The notes under the pieces: model-generated | The model's input: the letters and a program-made list of their open reading frames with translations, nothing else | Told to the model about the DNA's origin: nothing | Databases searched by the model: none | Program-made: the position numbers and the translations under genes | NCBI GenBank assembly: GCA_054600435.1 | Contig: BAAIJX010000003.1 | Coordinates: 434,001-498,000, forward strand | Reading direction: 5' to 3' | Source: Neophaeotheca triangularis | Taxonomy: Eukaryota | DNA: 64,000 bases | Shown: positions 23,154-35,800 of the stretch, one piece after another | Layout of the letters: the number at the start of each line of letters is the position of its first letter | Numbering within the stretch: position 1 is the first letter of the stretch

Positions 23154-25308
23154 CTATAGATCGTCTTCTAGGAACTTGTAAGCGAACTTGAATTCACCCT
23201 TTCGTCGGTTCATCCTGTAGCAAACACCGTGTCAGCAAAGTTCTTTTCTAGTGACGAAAGCAAAGTCAGCGAAACGGGGGGCCAAGCGCGAGTAAAACTT
23301 ACCAAGTACTTTCGTAGTCGAAGAAGCGATATGTACCCTGCTCGAACTCATCCGTAATGTGCTTCGGCTCTTCGTGTCGTTGGAACCAGGTCTGGTATTG
23401 CTTGTGGAAGCGCCAGCTCTGCGACTTGAGGGCCTTGGCTGCGAGGTACTGCTGGTACGTGCCTTGACGGTAATAGAAGGCGTAGAAGAGGGAGTCGGTG
23501 TCGATTCGGGAATAAAGGCGGGGGTCGTCGAAAATGCCGAGGGGTTCTTGCGGGTAATGCGGTGGCGTGTAGGGATAGGGATGCGTGGGTTTGTAGTGGT
23601 TTGGCTTCTCAGCATCGAGTGGTGTGGGGCAGGAGAGTCGAGAAGAGTTGAGGAGACTTGTGTCGATGGGAGCATTGGTGCCCGCTCTCTTCTTGGTCTC
23701 CTCGAAGGAGTCGAGCAGATCCATGAGCGAAGAGGGTAGGTGGTAGATTGACTCTTCCTCTTCTTCTTGCTGAGCAGGCTCCCCGTTCGACAAAGCTATG
23801 CCTGCTATGCCCGAGTCCGGCGAAGGGGGTTGGGGTGCCTTTGCTTGTAACGTGTCCCCTTGTTGTGATACCTGTGCTTGTGCCGTCTGAGGTGACGGTT
23901 TGACAGATGCTGTTTTGGACGCTCGAGATGGTGCACGATCGCCTGTTGGCTTTTGTGTTTTGGTCTCCTCCTTGGGTACTGGCGTTGGCTGCTTGGGCGG
24001 TTGCTCGGTGGCTCTGACAGGTTGAGAGGGCTGTTGTGAAGGCGAAGGGGTTACCGCAGCGGGTTGAGCTGGGGCTGTTGCCGGCGACGGTGCTTCACTT
24101 GTCTTCGCTCCTGGTGGCGGTGGCAAAGGAGCTATGCCAACGCCGTTCTTGTCACTTGCTGCTGCGGCGGCGGCTGCAGAAGCGTACTTGAGAGGCTGTC
24201 CAGTGGGAATCGATGGCGGGGGCGCAGGCTTCATACCAGAAGGCTGGCTATTCGTGGTATTTGTGGGTAGACTTTGATGAAGTGTCGCCAGTGCGGGCAG
24301 TGGAGACTTGAGTTGTACGCTTGGTCTTCGATTTGGCACCGGGGCCTCGGACACGGATGCTGACTTGGACTGCTTGCCCGCTGCACTACTAGATCTTGTG
24401 GCCTCAATCTCCGGGAGTTCCTCCTGCGTGCTTTGTGCGTCTTGACTGGATACTCGGTCGGCATCGTTCCCGAAGCCGTACCCTTCCTCTTCATCGTCCA
24501 GATTCAGGTCGTCGTACAAGCTGTCGTCCTCCATGAAGTCCACCTCCTGGTTCTGCTCCACGTAGTACCTGATGCCTTCTTCGATCTCCTTGACTTGATC
24601 CACATCGACATTGCCGTTTTCCAGTGACCGCAATAATATCTCGAGCTTGCCGGAGTGCCACTTATGTCGTTCAACCACGCGCTCGAGCTCCGATAACCTA
24701 TCCGCCTTCGCACCGTCCTTCTTGCCCTTCTTCAGCCCTGCTTGCAATGTCTCTGACTCAGCTTCCGTATGTTCAATTTGCCGCGCAAGTTCATCGACCA
24801 TATCTGAGACAAAGTTGCAAACTTCCATCTTCTCCTTCTCCTTCGGGTCCAGTTTGGCGGCTGCAGATAAGCCCTCTTTCGAATACGCCTTGGTCTTCAT
24901 TTCCTTTTCCACCGCCTTGAACTTCTCCATTTGCTACAGTGGTTGTCAGCTCACTGTTCCCGGGATCATCGATGCGCCACTGTATGCTTACCGTCTCAAT
25001 GCTCTTACGCATATCCATTAGGGGCTTCTTGTCTTTGATGTCGTTTTGACCCGCCCAGCCTTTTATCTTGTCTCGTATCCGCTGCAGCTTCTTGATCTCC
25101 TTCTTGAGCGAATCCTCATGCTTCTCTCGTTGCGCAGGGTTCCCTGCTTGCTGGAGCTTGTCGTGTATGCTCTCAAATACTGCAATGCCTTCGTTGGCCT
25201 TTTTGAACTCCTGCGCTGGCTGTCAGTATGCTCCCAACTCTCATTCTCATCCTTATTGCAGGCGCTCCTTACCTTATCAATCTCCTGCTGCAACTTGCGC
25301 ATCGCCAT
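23154..25308 (-). CDS. NOT3: CCR4-NOT complex subunit Not3/Not5, multi-exon
   Basis: MAMRKLQQEIDK, MEKFKAVEKEMKTKAYSKEGL, NOT-box DSLFYAFYY-QGTYQQYLAAK-LK-QSWRFHK, and last exon MNRRKGEFKFAYKFLEDDL*. Confidence 0.95.
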
Positions 25309-25801
25309 CTTGCCGGCAGCTCCGCTTGGCGACCCGTTTGTCGCTCAGCCTTGCGTATGAATGTCGAGTGCCTCAATCGGCGCGGTGTTCGGTGTCGGAT
25401 CGGGTTTGCGGGTGGGTCGATGAGTAAAGCGACGGCATGCAACTTGTTATCGTGTCGGGGGGTGATGGGTACGGACAATAGGCGGTCGTCGTAGATGCGA
25501 GCCGCCAGGTGAGGTGCAGCCTGCCAAGCATCCTGGTTGGAGCTCTGAGCTGTCACGTGCGGCCGCGTAAAGTGGGATTCTCGACCCGCGAAAACTGCTG
25601 ACCATCACATTACCATATCCAACAACTATCCATTCATTTCTTTCGTTAATACTCTGAGGCCCGGCGTTTTCGTCTACAGTTACTTGAAAAGCGATTATTC
25701 TTTGTCAGTAGATATACATCACCAAAGGTACGCGAGATCACTAGTCGATATATTTGCGGACAACACTCGTCTCTACTCTGAGTCGGAAGGCTATCACGAG
25801 A

Positions 25802-26623
25802 ATGAAGAGTACGTATATCAGATTCACGCCGTGGAGACGATGCGCAAGGTTTCCACAAGGCTTCTAACGGAAAAATCCAGCCGTAATACAACGCGTTAAA
25901 TCCGCCTCCGTGACGGTGGACGGCCAGCTCATCTCAACCATCGGCAAAGGTCTCTTGATATTCGCAGCCGTAGGCAAAGATGACACAGCCAAAGAAGCCG
26001 AGAGCATGGCCAGCAAGGTGCTCAAAGCCAAGTTCTGGGACGACGCTCAAGGCGGTAGATGGAAGAAGAACGTCCAAGAGATTGAGGGCGAGGTTCTCTG
26101 CGGTAAGCCTTGCGGAGCCCTAGCCCAAAGCGCCATCAAGGTGGTCTTTGGGTTTCGTTTGATCGATGTCTGACATCTTCGCCAGTTTCTCAATTCACCC
26201 TTCTAGCATCAACAAAGAAGGGCAACAAGCCTGATTTCCACAAATCAGCGCCGGCCTCTCAAGCCAAGGAGCTCTACGACACCTTTTTCCGCAAAGTCCG
26301 CTCGCTTTATCGCGAGGACAGAGTTAAAGATGGCGTTTTCCAGGCCATGATGGACGTTAGCCTCGTCAACGATGGACCGGTAGGTGTGGACTATCGCTGC
26401 GAGGACGAAGCGGTAAAACAGCACGCCCAGCGAAATCTATTGAACTTGCCTGTTCTGCACCGTTGCTCCTGCTAACTGGACCGTTTAGGTGACGATTGAG
26501 ATTGATACCAACCCCCCGGAAATGCAAAATCCCTCTGGTCTACAGCCGCCTGAAGAAGGTGACACTGTACACAAGGGACACGTGCATAAGACTTTTGAAC
26601 TACCTAGCTCGCTTCTCGAATGA
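25802..26623 (+). CDS. DTD1: D-aminoacyl-tRNA deacylase; exons 25802-25808, 25881-26102, ~26185-26379 (or 26412), 26489-26623
   Basis: Spliced MKTVIQRVKSASVTVDG, SQFTL, KGNKPDFH and G-FQAMM-V-L-NDGPVT signatures. Confidence 0.92.
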
Positions 26624-26965
26624 CGAATTATCTTCCACGCACAGAATCCTTTTGGTGCTGCAGCACACCCTACCCGTGACGGCCACCGATGAGACGTCCT
26701 CGCGTCGACTGCTGGACTGAATGATTCAGGCGGCCGTGCCAAAGGCCATGCAAAGGGCGGGAGTTGAGAACGCGCCAGGCTTGCGGCAGTCGAAGCCTGC
26801 CAAGCTTCATCAACAAATCACTCAGCGACCATTTGAGAAAAGAGGAGCACTTGTTTTATCGTAAATCACACTGCCCTCCGGCTTTGATTGATCGATCTAT
26901 ATTACAGCTCGCTCGCTAAAATGCAGCACATGAAACGTCGACTTTTTTCGCGCTGACAAACGCAC

Positions 26966-28029
26966 TTAGTTGTTCTCAGGGATGAGCACAGCCCTGAAGT
27001 GAACCTTGCCACCATCCAAGTCGTCCATAGCCTGGGTGATGCCCTGCTCGGTCATGGGGTATTTCTGAATGACAGGCTTGATACCATGCTGGGCGGAGAA
27101 CTGGATCATCTTGTTGTGGAGGTGACGAGGGGCGACGACGGAACCCTGGATGGCAATGCCCTGCAAGATGAGGGGCATGTAAGGAATGCTGAAGTCACCG
27201 CCGGCGACGGAGAGAGGGTGAACGGTGGCCTTGGGCGCGAGAGCGGGCACAAGGAGAGACCAGTCGGGCTGGGCGGATGTGGTGACGAGGAGACGGTCGA
27301 CGGGGCGGGAGGCGGAGATCTCCTTCTTGTCCTTGGTTGCGATGAACTCGTTGGCGCCAAGCCTCAGGGCCTCATCCTTCTTGCTGTCCGAGCCGGAGAA
27401 GACGACAACGTATTGGCCCATCTTCGCGGCGTATTGAATGGCGAGGTGACCAAGGCCACCAACACCGACAATACCGACACATTCAGTGGGCTGAGCGTCG
27501 TAGGCGCGGAGGGCGTTGAAGACGGTAGCACCACCGCACATGAGCGGGGCAGCATCCTCATCAGAGATGCCGTCAGGGATGGGGAAGAGGAAAGACTCCT
27601 TCCACACGGCGCCGTGGGCGAAAGAACCCTGGTCGAGGTCGGCCATGCCGTACATCTTGCGCTCGGGGCAGTAGGTCTCGGTGCCCATCAAGCATTGCTG
27701 GCAGTGTCCGCAGCTGTCGTGCTCGTATCCCCAACCGACACGGTCTCCCTTCTTCATGTACTTGACGTTAGGGCCGACCTCTTGGATGACACCGACACCC
27801 TCGTGGCCGAGCGCGCAGCCTGCGGTACGGTAGTGCTCATCGGTACCTATTGGGCAAAGTCAGTTGGCCGTTGATTTTGCAAGAGCATGGGATTCGAGAA
27901 CAACGTACCACAGAGACCGGAGGCGGTGACCTTGAGGAGGACCTGGTCGTCCTGGAGCTCAGGCTTCTGGGTGGTGTCCTTTTTGATGGCGCCGGACTCG
28001 GAGCCCTTGAAGACGGTGAACGAAGGCAT
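26966..28029 (-). CDS. zinc-dependent NADP alcohol dehydrogenase (cinnamyl/Adh6-like MDR); intron 27908-27847
   Basis: SGLCGTD-H, GHEGVG, structural Zn C-xx-C-xx-C-x7-C, APLMCGGATV and GVGGLG. Confidence 0.92.
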
Positions 28030-29287
28030 GTTGGGGGATTGATTGAGGTAGCGGTAGAAGTATTGGAAGAGTTTGACTTGCTGGTTTGGTTTGGTGGGGA
28101 GTGGATTGAATTGGAATGAAATGCAAAGAGAAGACGGTTCTGCGGGCAAGGAGGTCTTATAACTTGTCAAGGAAGCCAGCAATGGGGCAGCCTTACCCTC
28201 GTATGACGTTCACCCAGACCGCTCCAGCTGGCAGGTGCCTCCTAGCACGGTCAGCAAAGGTACGCTGCTTACACGATCACTTTCCCAACGCCACGTGCCA
28301 AAAGCGCATTTGCCTAGGACAAAGCTCCAGAGCTAGAGTGTTGCAAATCGCACATGGCGCAACAACGGCTCGTCAGTAGGAGGTATTACCAGGTATGGTA
28401 GCCAAACGCCGTTTGGACAGAGTGCCAAATCACAATAATAATAGCGAGGCGTGGCGTGGCGTGGCGAGCGATGAAAAACTCATCATCTCCCTCCCGTCTG
28501 TGCCTCGAAGCATGGCATTGGCGCGCGCGCGCCAGAAGACTGTAGAACCACCGCCGAAGAACCGCGTCTCGGAAAGAAATGGAAGGTGAGGTGTGGCACA
28601 AAGACGTTCGGTCGTTACCGCATGACGTCTTCCCACCAAACTTCCGATCGTACCTTACCTTAGGTGGATGTCTCGAATTTTTCTTCGTCGGGCGTTCGCG
28701 AAGCTTACCAAGCGGCCAATGTGGTGCGGCACCACCCGGAAAGAAAACTCAAAGCCCGAGCCAGAGCCACCTACTTTCGCTGTCAAAGCTATTGCGGGCG
28801 AGAAGGAGATTTCCGAGATATGGCCGTGGCGTCGGATCTCACTCCGAATGCAGCGCCGTGAGCCAAGACGGGAGCTGGACATGATGGTCGTGGTGAATCG
28901 TGATCAGGCGACTTGCGGTCTTTAGATAACTAGCTCCGTGGGTATTAATCAGAGTACAGATTCTTCACTGAGTTGACATTGCCGTGCTGTGCATTTGCTT
29001 GAGATTGGGCGATTACTTCAGGTTAGCTGTCTGACCAGGCCGGCACGTATTCGCAAGGCTGGGCGGTTAGCATTCAAATTCCTAATCTTCCCCATCGGCT
29101 CTAGAACTAAGCAATACCGCAGGCCGACTCTTTTCAAGGGGGAAAGGTGAAGCAGCAGCAGCCATCCAGAAGCACAAGCGCAACACGATGGCATTATGAA
29201 CGAACACCGAATACAGCAAAAAGCTCCATACGCTGTCATTAATGCCACTACAGCACGAAACACCGCACAGTCCCCTAACAGCCCAAG

Positions 29288-31653
29288 TTAACCGCTCTCC
29301 CTCCCCAACCTCGCAAGCTCCTTGACAAAAGTCTCCGCATTCACCAACTCAGTACTCCCGTAGATAACCCTCTTCTTCCCCACAGACGAAGCCGCATTAT
29401 TCCCACCCCCGCTCGTGCGATTCGCCCAGTCCTGCAAATTCCCATACTCATCCATACTCCCACCGCCGACAGTGAAAACCAACGCTTCGCTGAAGCCCTG
29501 CCTCTTTTGCCCGAAAGAGGCTTCCAGACCCCTCGACTGCGTGTTGCCGGACCGAGAGTCTTTGGCCGAGGGCGGCATCGTGCCCCTCGCGTTCGCGCTG
29601 CGCGGGTCGAAGTAGAGGAAGCCTTCGGTCTTTTGCAGGGCGCTTGTGGAAGCGTTTTGCGGGTCCATGAGGGATTCGGTGATTTTGGTGAGGGTGAGGT
29701 CTTTGTTTGCAGGAAGGAAGTTTTTGACGCCTTGGAGGAGGTTGTCGGGGATTGAGCCCAGACCCGGAACGTCTTTGAAACGGTCTGTGAGGCGCGAGGA
29801 GAGGGAGGAGAAGCCTTTGAAGAGGTCGGAGGAGGTGGAAGAGTATTGTTGCGATTGCTGGGTCGTCGGGGCGCTGGAGATCATCGTCATGCGGGTGATT
29901 TCGCGGACTCTGTCGGATTGTTAGCTTTTCTGCGACGGTAAGCAGTGCTACGAACGAACATCACCACTTACTTGCGAATGTAGGTCAGGGGCGCAATATC
30001 CACTTCAGTAGCCTTCAGCGCTTCTTCAAACTTTTCCATGTCGGCTCTGGAAACTTCTTGCTCGGTGCTCAAGAACCAGATGATGAACAGCCGCAGTTTG
30101 TCTTGAGGTTCATTCCCTTTCTCCGGGTCCTTGAGTAGCTCAAGCATTTGCGCCTTCGTCTGCTTCCGAATGTCTTCCTCGAGCTGGAAGAAGTTGTCCA
30201 ATTGCCTGTCCTTGATCCCTTTGAGGAGCGACGTAGCAATGTTCATGTGCATATCGAGCAAGCTCTTCCTCTCTCGTAGTTCGGGAAGAAGAGTGATGGC
30301 AGCTTTGAGGTGTTGCGCAGAGGAACTGGTGTCACTTTGCAAGTCCTCAATCGAATTGGCTCCGGTCTTCTTTGTAACCTCCTCAGCATCACTCTTGTAC
30401 CGAGTGAGCTCCGCATCAATATCTTCGGCCACTTGCGGGAAAGGCATGCTAGCATTCTTATTCCAGAAGAAGTCGTTTTGGTTGAGGTCGTAGGAGCGCT
30501 TGACGTTGCCTTTCGAAGGATTTGAATCGTCGGCGGGTATCTCGACGGTGATGCGATTCAGGTGCATGCTCAGCACGTCGTGTATAAGTGATTGATAGGT
30601 CCAAGAGTGGGACAGCATCGGTACAAGATCAACATTACGGTCGACTATCACCAACACTGGCCTGGAGGACGTTGTCGGCATGTTTGACGATCGGCTGCCA
30701 GAGAATAGATTGTCTTTGGCGTTCAGTATGTGGTCGCGCAGCTTTCTGTCAAGCTTGGCCGCAATCATTTCGGCAGCGCCGCCTTTCGGACAGCGAATGA
30801 CCGGTATCGTGCCTGGGTGTTCGAGTCAGTCCTGGCTTCTCAATGCAACGAAGCAAGGGGGGAGGTAGTTTGCTCACCCATCGTCACCGCCACGCTGAAC
30901 AATCCGCTGACGATACGATCAACGTTCGTGTCGATGTCTTCATCGCTCGTCTGCGCGCTGTTCATAGTCCAGTAGGTATCATTGCCCATTCCCAGACTGA
31001 AAAGGTTCGGCTCAGAAACCACAAAGTTCAGATACTGGTCGTAGACCTGACTGATACACTCGGATGTCGCTGCCTGCGCAGTCTGAGTCGCAAAGTCCTC
31101 CAGGAGCGGTCTCGGGATTGAGGATAGGAAGTTGATGTAGGCCGGCGCATAGAGGCCCTTTTGTAGATCTTGGGTGATGAGGTGTAGATTTTGACTTGTA
31201 GGCTCGACCAAGTAGACCACGGGAACGTCGGGTATGGCATGTCGCTGCGATGCGATATTGCTGACAGAGTGTCAGTGCTTGCTGGAGTACGTTCAGCCAC
31301 TTGCGCAGACGCCGTGCTTAAAGTATTGCCTACAGGTGTATTGTGACACCCCATCCTCTGAGATCATTGACCCTCAGCACACTACTGATCACGTCGCGCC
31401 CCAGATTGTCGAACACCAAGACCTTCCATATCGGCTCGCCATCTGAGTTGAGTATCGGAGTGGATTGCGGTATGAGGCCATTGGAAGTGGAGGAATCGTG
31501 ATGGGGGTCGGAAGACTGTTCGGGTACGTGGTTCAAGTTGAGGATTCGCTCGATCGATGCTGTAGAATGTCAGTCAAGCAGAAAACACCGAATCGTGCAC
31601 TGGAAACACCAACCTACTTGACGATCTCGGAGGGTTGGTTGTGAAGTAGCCAT
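29288..31653 (-). CDS. SLY1: Sec1/Munc18-family ER-Golgi SM protein Sly1, multi-exon
   Basis: [78 protein letters not shown] and YGSTE. Confidence 0.95.
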
Positions 31654-32849
31654 GGCTGGGAGAAGAGTAGGCTGTCGGGCAGCCAATTCACGCGCTCAAG
31701 GCATGTGATGAAGCACAGTGAACTGGATGGGCGATTATGCTGCCGAATCCGAAGGCATCAAAACGAAAACACGAGGCGTGAGTGATGATTGCTTGTCAAC
31801 AACCTGGTATCAACGTACTATGTACATAGTACTGTTCACTGACGTTGCAGCAGCGGCAGCAACAACTGGCGTTGTAACCAAACCTAACCCTGAGCCGTAC
31901 ATGGCCGTATTGGGACTAGCTTACGCCAAGCCAACATCTTCCCGCTCTCTCTCTCTCAAAGCCGCAGTCTGCAGATGCTTGCCCTTTCTCTCCTCCGCTT
32001 CCACGCAACAACAACAACACCCCCGTCCTTTCAACCTCACCTCCGACATCACCACCTCACCTTTCCATCAACCACTGACTCTCCCAACTCATCCCCTGTT
32101 CAATCCTTCATCCATCTTCCTCTACGGCAACAACACCTTTTTGTAGTTGAGGATATCAGGCTTTTGGAGGGGTGGAAACTGTCACTTCGTTATTGTGTCG
32201 CTCGTCCGGGTGGCGAGCTTGGGGTGACAGATTGCGCCCATTTGACGTGCACTCACTGTATCTGACTTAGCCTGCCTTCACTGCCACGCTACGTACTCGG
32301 TGCTTGTCACAGACTGTCTCCAAAGAGACTCTTGACCAGCTAGCGAGGAGCAATTAAGCATAGCGTATGTTTTGTACCCTCTGCGCGTGAGGCGAGGCAC
32401 ACCTCAGTACACATTGGAAGGCAGTGATTGCGTCGACCAGCTTCTTCTAAAAGGCTCGGCAGAGAGACGGGCTGCTCATCTGTTACGGGCTGGGCTCTCA
32501 TCAACATCACTCGGGTCTGCACTCTGCACCCAGTACAGTACTCCAGCTACCTACAGTACAGTACTATCACGCAAAAGCGCTCTCTACGGCTCAAAGCGCT
32601 CGACTGCATCCACCACAGCCTGCCTTGTTTTCTCTCTCAATATTCGGCCCCATACCTATAGTACTCGGGCTACCTCAGTACTAGGTACCGTCAATCGTCA
32701 CCGCCGCCGGTAGAGCGACCTGAGCTTCCGTCGCTGGCTCGCTCGCTCGGTTGTGCCGCATCCGGCGCAGCTCTTTCGTGCACGGACCACGCGGTCTTGG
32801 AACATCCCGTCCAACGCCGGCGTCCACGGGTGTCTTGGACTTGGGCAAG

Positions 32850-35800
32850 ATGGGCGACGGCCAGCGCAATAACCCAGGCTTTGGCGACCTTTTCGCAGAC
32901 AATAACAACTATGAGTTTGACAATTTGTTTGCTACAGGCAATGAGCAGTCTCTGCACAATGACCCCCGTTGGGCTGTAAACGGCACCCAAAATCCCAGCG
33001 TGTCACGTGGTCAGCCGCCTCCTACACTCCCTGGCTGGCAACAAAACGGCAGCAACTTCTCTGCAGGCACCACACAATCCTCTTTTAACGGTCATTTCGC
33101 CTCGTATGGTCGCACTACTTCCGGTAGCCCCTCGCCGTATGCCCAGAACACCTTCACAAATTACGGACAACAACAACAACAACAACAACAGCCTCCATAC
33201 CAGTACAACTCTCATCATTACGACCCAAACTTGACTGCACCGGCACATCCCCACCAAACATACAGCAAAGCCAACACCAACAACTTTCCCGACTACCACA
33301 TTCCACCCTACCATGCCGCCACTATCGCCCCACGTGCCCTCGAGCAGCAAGTGCCTCAAGGTTCTCGCCCGCAAGTCAGCGGACCTCCTCACCACAACAC
33401 CGTCACACATCCAGTGCATCCAGCACAGCCTGCTGCGGCCGCTCCAAGGCCACAACTTTCCGTACCCATCCCCGTCGACCAGAATGCTCTCGCCGCTGCT
33501 GTGCCCCAAGGTACAAACAACGGACCATATTCGATCATCGACTACGATCAGCTCGCCGGTCCAACCAACACTGTCCGCATGGGCCCATATGCCAACGTCG
33601 GTAAACATATTGGGGATTGGCCCATCAACCGTGCTGTACTGCCAAACTACGTCCCACGCAAGTCTAGGGCGACGCTGAAAGCTCTCGCTGGCAGTGACAA
33701 GTCCGTCATTGCAAAGCTTAGCAAGCATTCCATCAAGAAGGACAGAAACGTCGCCGGCGTATCGAAAACTGCTCGAACCCAGTTGGGGTCATATGTTGTC
33801 AACGCCAACAGCCCAGCCAGCGTTCAACAAGACGAGGAATCTTCGAGCGAAGAGTCTTCTTCTGACGACGACTCACTTTATTCATCAGATGAAGAGGACG
33901 AAGCGTCGCCACTTCCCGCCAAGAAGCCCGATAGTCCAAAAGATCTAGTAGTGTACAACACTATCAAGGCTCTGTGGCGGGGCAAACGCAAGGCCGTCGA
34001 AGGTGAAAGCATTCGCAAGGGAATGTCGGATTTCTGGAATATCATCAGCGAGATTCGCGACATCTGGAAGACAGACTCTGCCGCAGCGACCGAAGCGATT
34101 GAGAAGAAGAAGAGCTCCGCTCCCACACTGCAAGGCCGAGTCAAGGACCAAAGGGGGATGCTCGAATGGGCTTTCAAGACCGCTCTGAAGCACGGCCACC
34201 GAGGTATAATTGAGCTGCTTGGTGGAAGTCCGTCGTTCCCCTATCTGTGCTACCAGTTCTTATTGGACCGATGGAAAGATGACAAAGACATTAACAGCGG
34301 CCTTTCGCGCGCGATCCTCGAGACAATGTCCCTGTTCACTACTTTGACGGACGAAAGCCTCGAAAAGACGCATCTTGGCAAGTTGCTGGTGAGATTCGTT
34401 GCAGCAGGCGACGCAAAGACAAAGTATTACGCCAACAGGATTCGCGCCAATGCTGCGAAGGCTAGCAAGGAGCATGCCAGCAAGACCGACACCGCTAAAC
34501 CACAAACGACTGCTACCAAAGACAAGGAAAGCAAGCCCACTCCGCCCATAGCGAAACCGGAAAAGCCACAAACCACTACTGGAGTGAAGCGTGCAGCTAC
34601 TACGGCGGATGAGGGGAATGCACAGAAGAAGCAGGCTACCGATGAGGCTGTCAAGACTAATGGTAGCACAGCTGCCCCTGCCCGGCCCACTCTCAAAGAC
34701 ATGAAGAAGACGGTCAGCACAGGAGCAAATGCGCAACCTACATCAACAGCCGCGACAACGGCCGGGAAGAAGGTCACGGCAAAGCCGTCCGGCTTCTTTT
34801 CAAGCTTGCAATCAGCTGGCAAAAGGCCTGGAACTTCGCTTGCTTCGAAGCCCGCTTCGAGCGGTGGCACAGCTACTACTGGCAAGCCTGCCGAAAAGAA
34901 GGCGCCGCCTGCGAAACCAGCTTTCTCGTTCACAGAGACCATGGCTAATCTGACCAAACCGAAGGAAGAGAAGCCCGCACCCAAAGCAGAGAAGGAAGAG
35001 CCGCCAGAAACACCCGAGGAGAAGGCCAAGCGTCTTCGCAAGGAGTCTAGAAGGCACCTGCATGTTTCGTTCAAGACCGGCGAGGATCTGGTGGAAGTCC
35101 GAGTCTTCGACCATGATCCTGAAGAAGAGCTCGGCCACGACTCAAGCCAGGTTCGCGACCTTTCTGATGTAGGAGGAGAGGGACGCATGTTCAAGCAACA
35201 GCATTCGATGATGGAAGTTGATGAGGACGAAGATGCCGGCGCAGAAAAGTTCCTCGAGTTCTACACGCCCACCCTGATCGACTTCAGCAACGTGGGCGAG
35301 GATGCACGGAACAGCAACTATGCTCCCTACGGTGGTGGTGTGAATCAGCCAGAGTTCAAGCACAAGGCAGCACTCGATGAGCATGAGACAAGCACCCTCA
35401 TGGTACACTATACCTCGAACAGTGAGATCCCAGACAATCCCAAGGAACCGATCGAGCCATATTCCGGAGAGTTACCTCAACCAGTCACAGATTTTGGAAA
35501 ACCACCAGACGAACTGATGCGGCGTCACGAGCGTATTACACCACCTCAGCAGGCAGCTCCTGTCCAGCAGAACGGCCAACCAGGTGGTTTCGACCTATCT
35601 GCTCTGCTCAACAACTTCCAAAACCAGCAGCAACAGACCACGCAAAGCCAGCCACAAGCTCCGCCCAACCCTCTCGGCAACATTCAGGACATCCTCGCAA
35701 ACCTCCAAAAGTCGAGCACTCCCGTCCAGGCCCAGCAGCAACAATCCGCCCCTCCAGCATCGGCACCTTACGGCAACCAATTCCCCAACTTGCAGATGCC

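Noticed and set aside
26999..27874. 291-aa + strand ORF
   Set aside because: Antisense shadow of the alcohol dehydrogenase CDS.
31880..31892. AACCTAACCCT as an interstitial telomere
   Set aside because: Fewer than two full repeats; at most a promoter motif.
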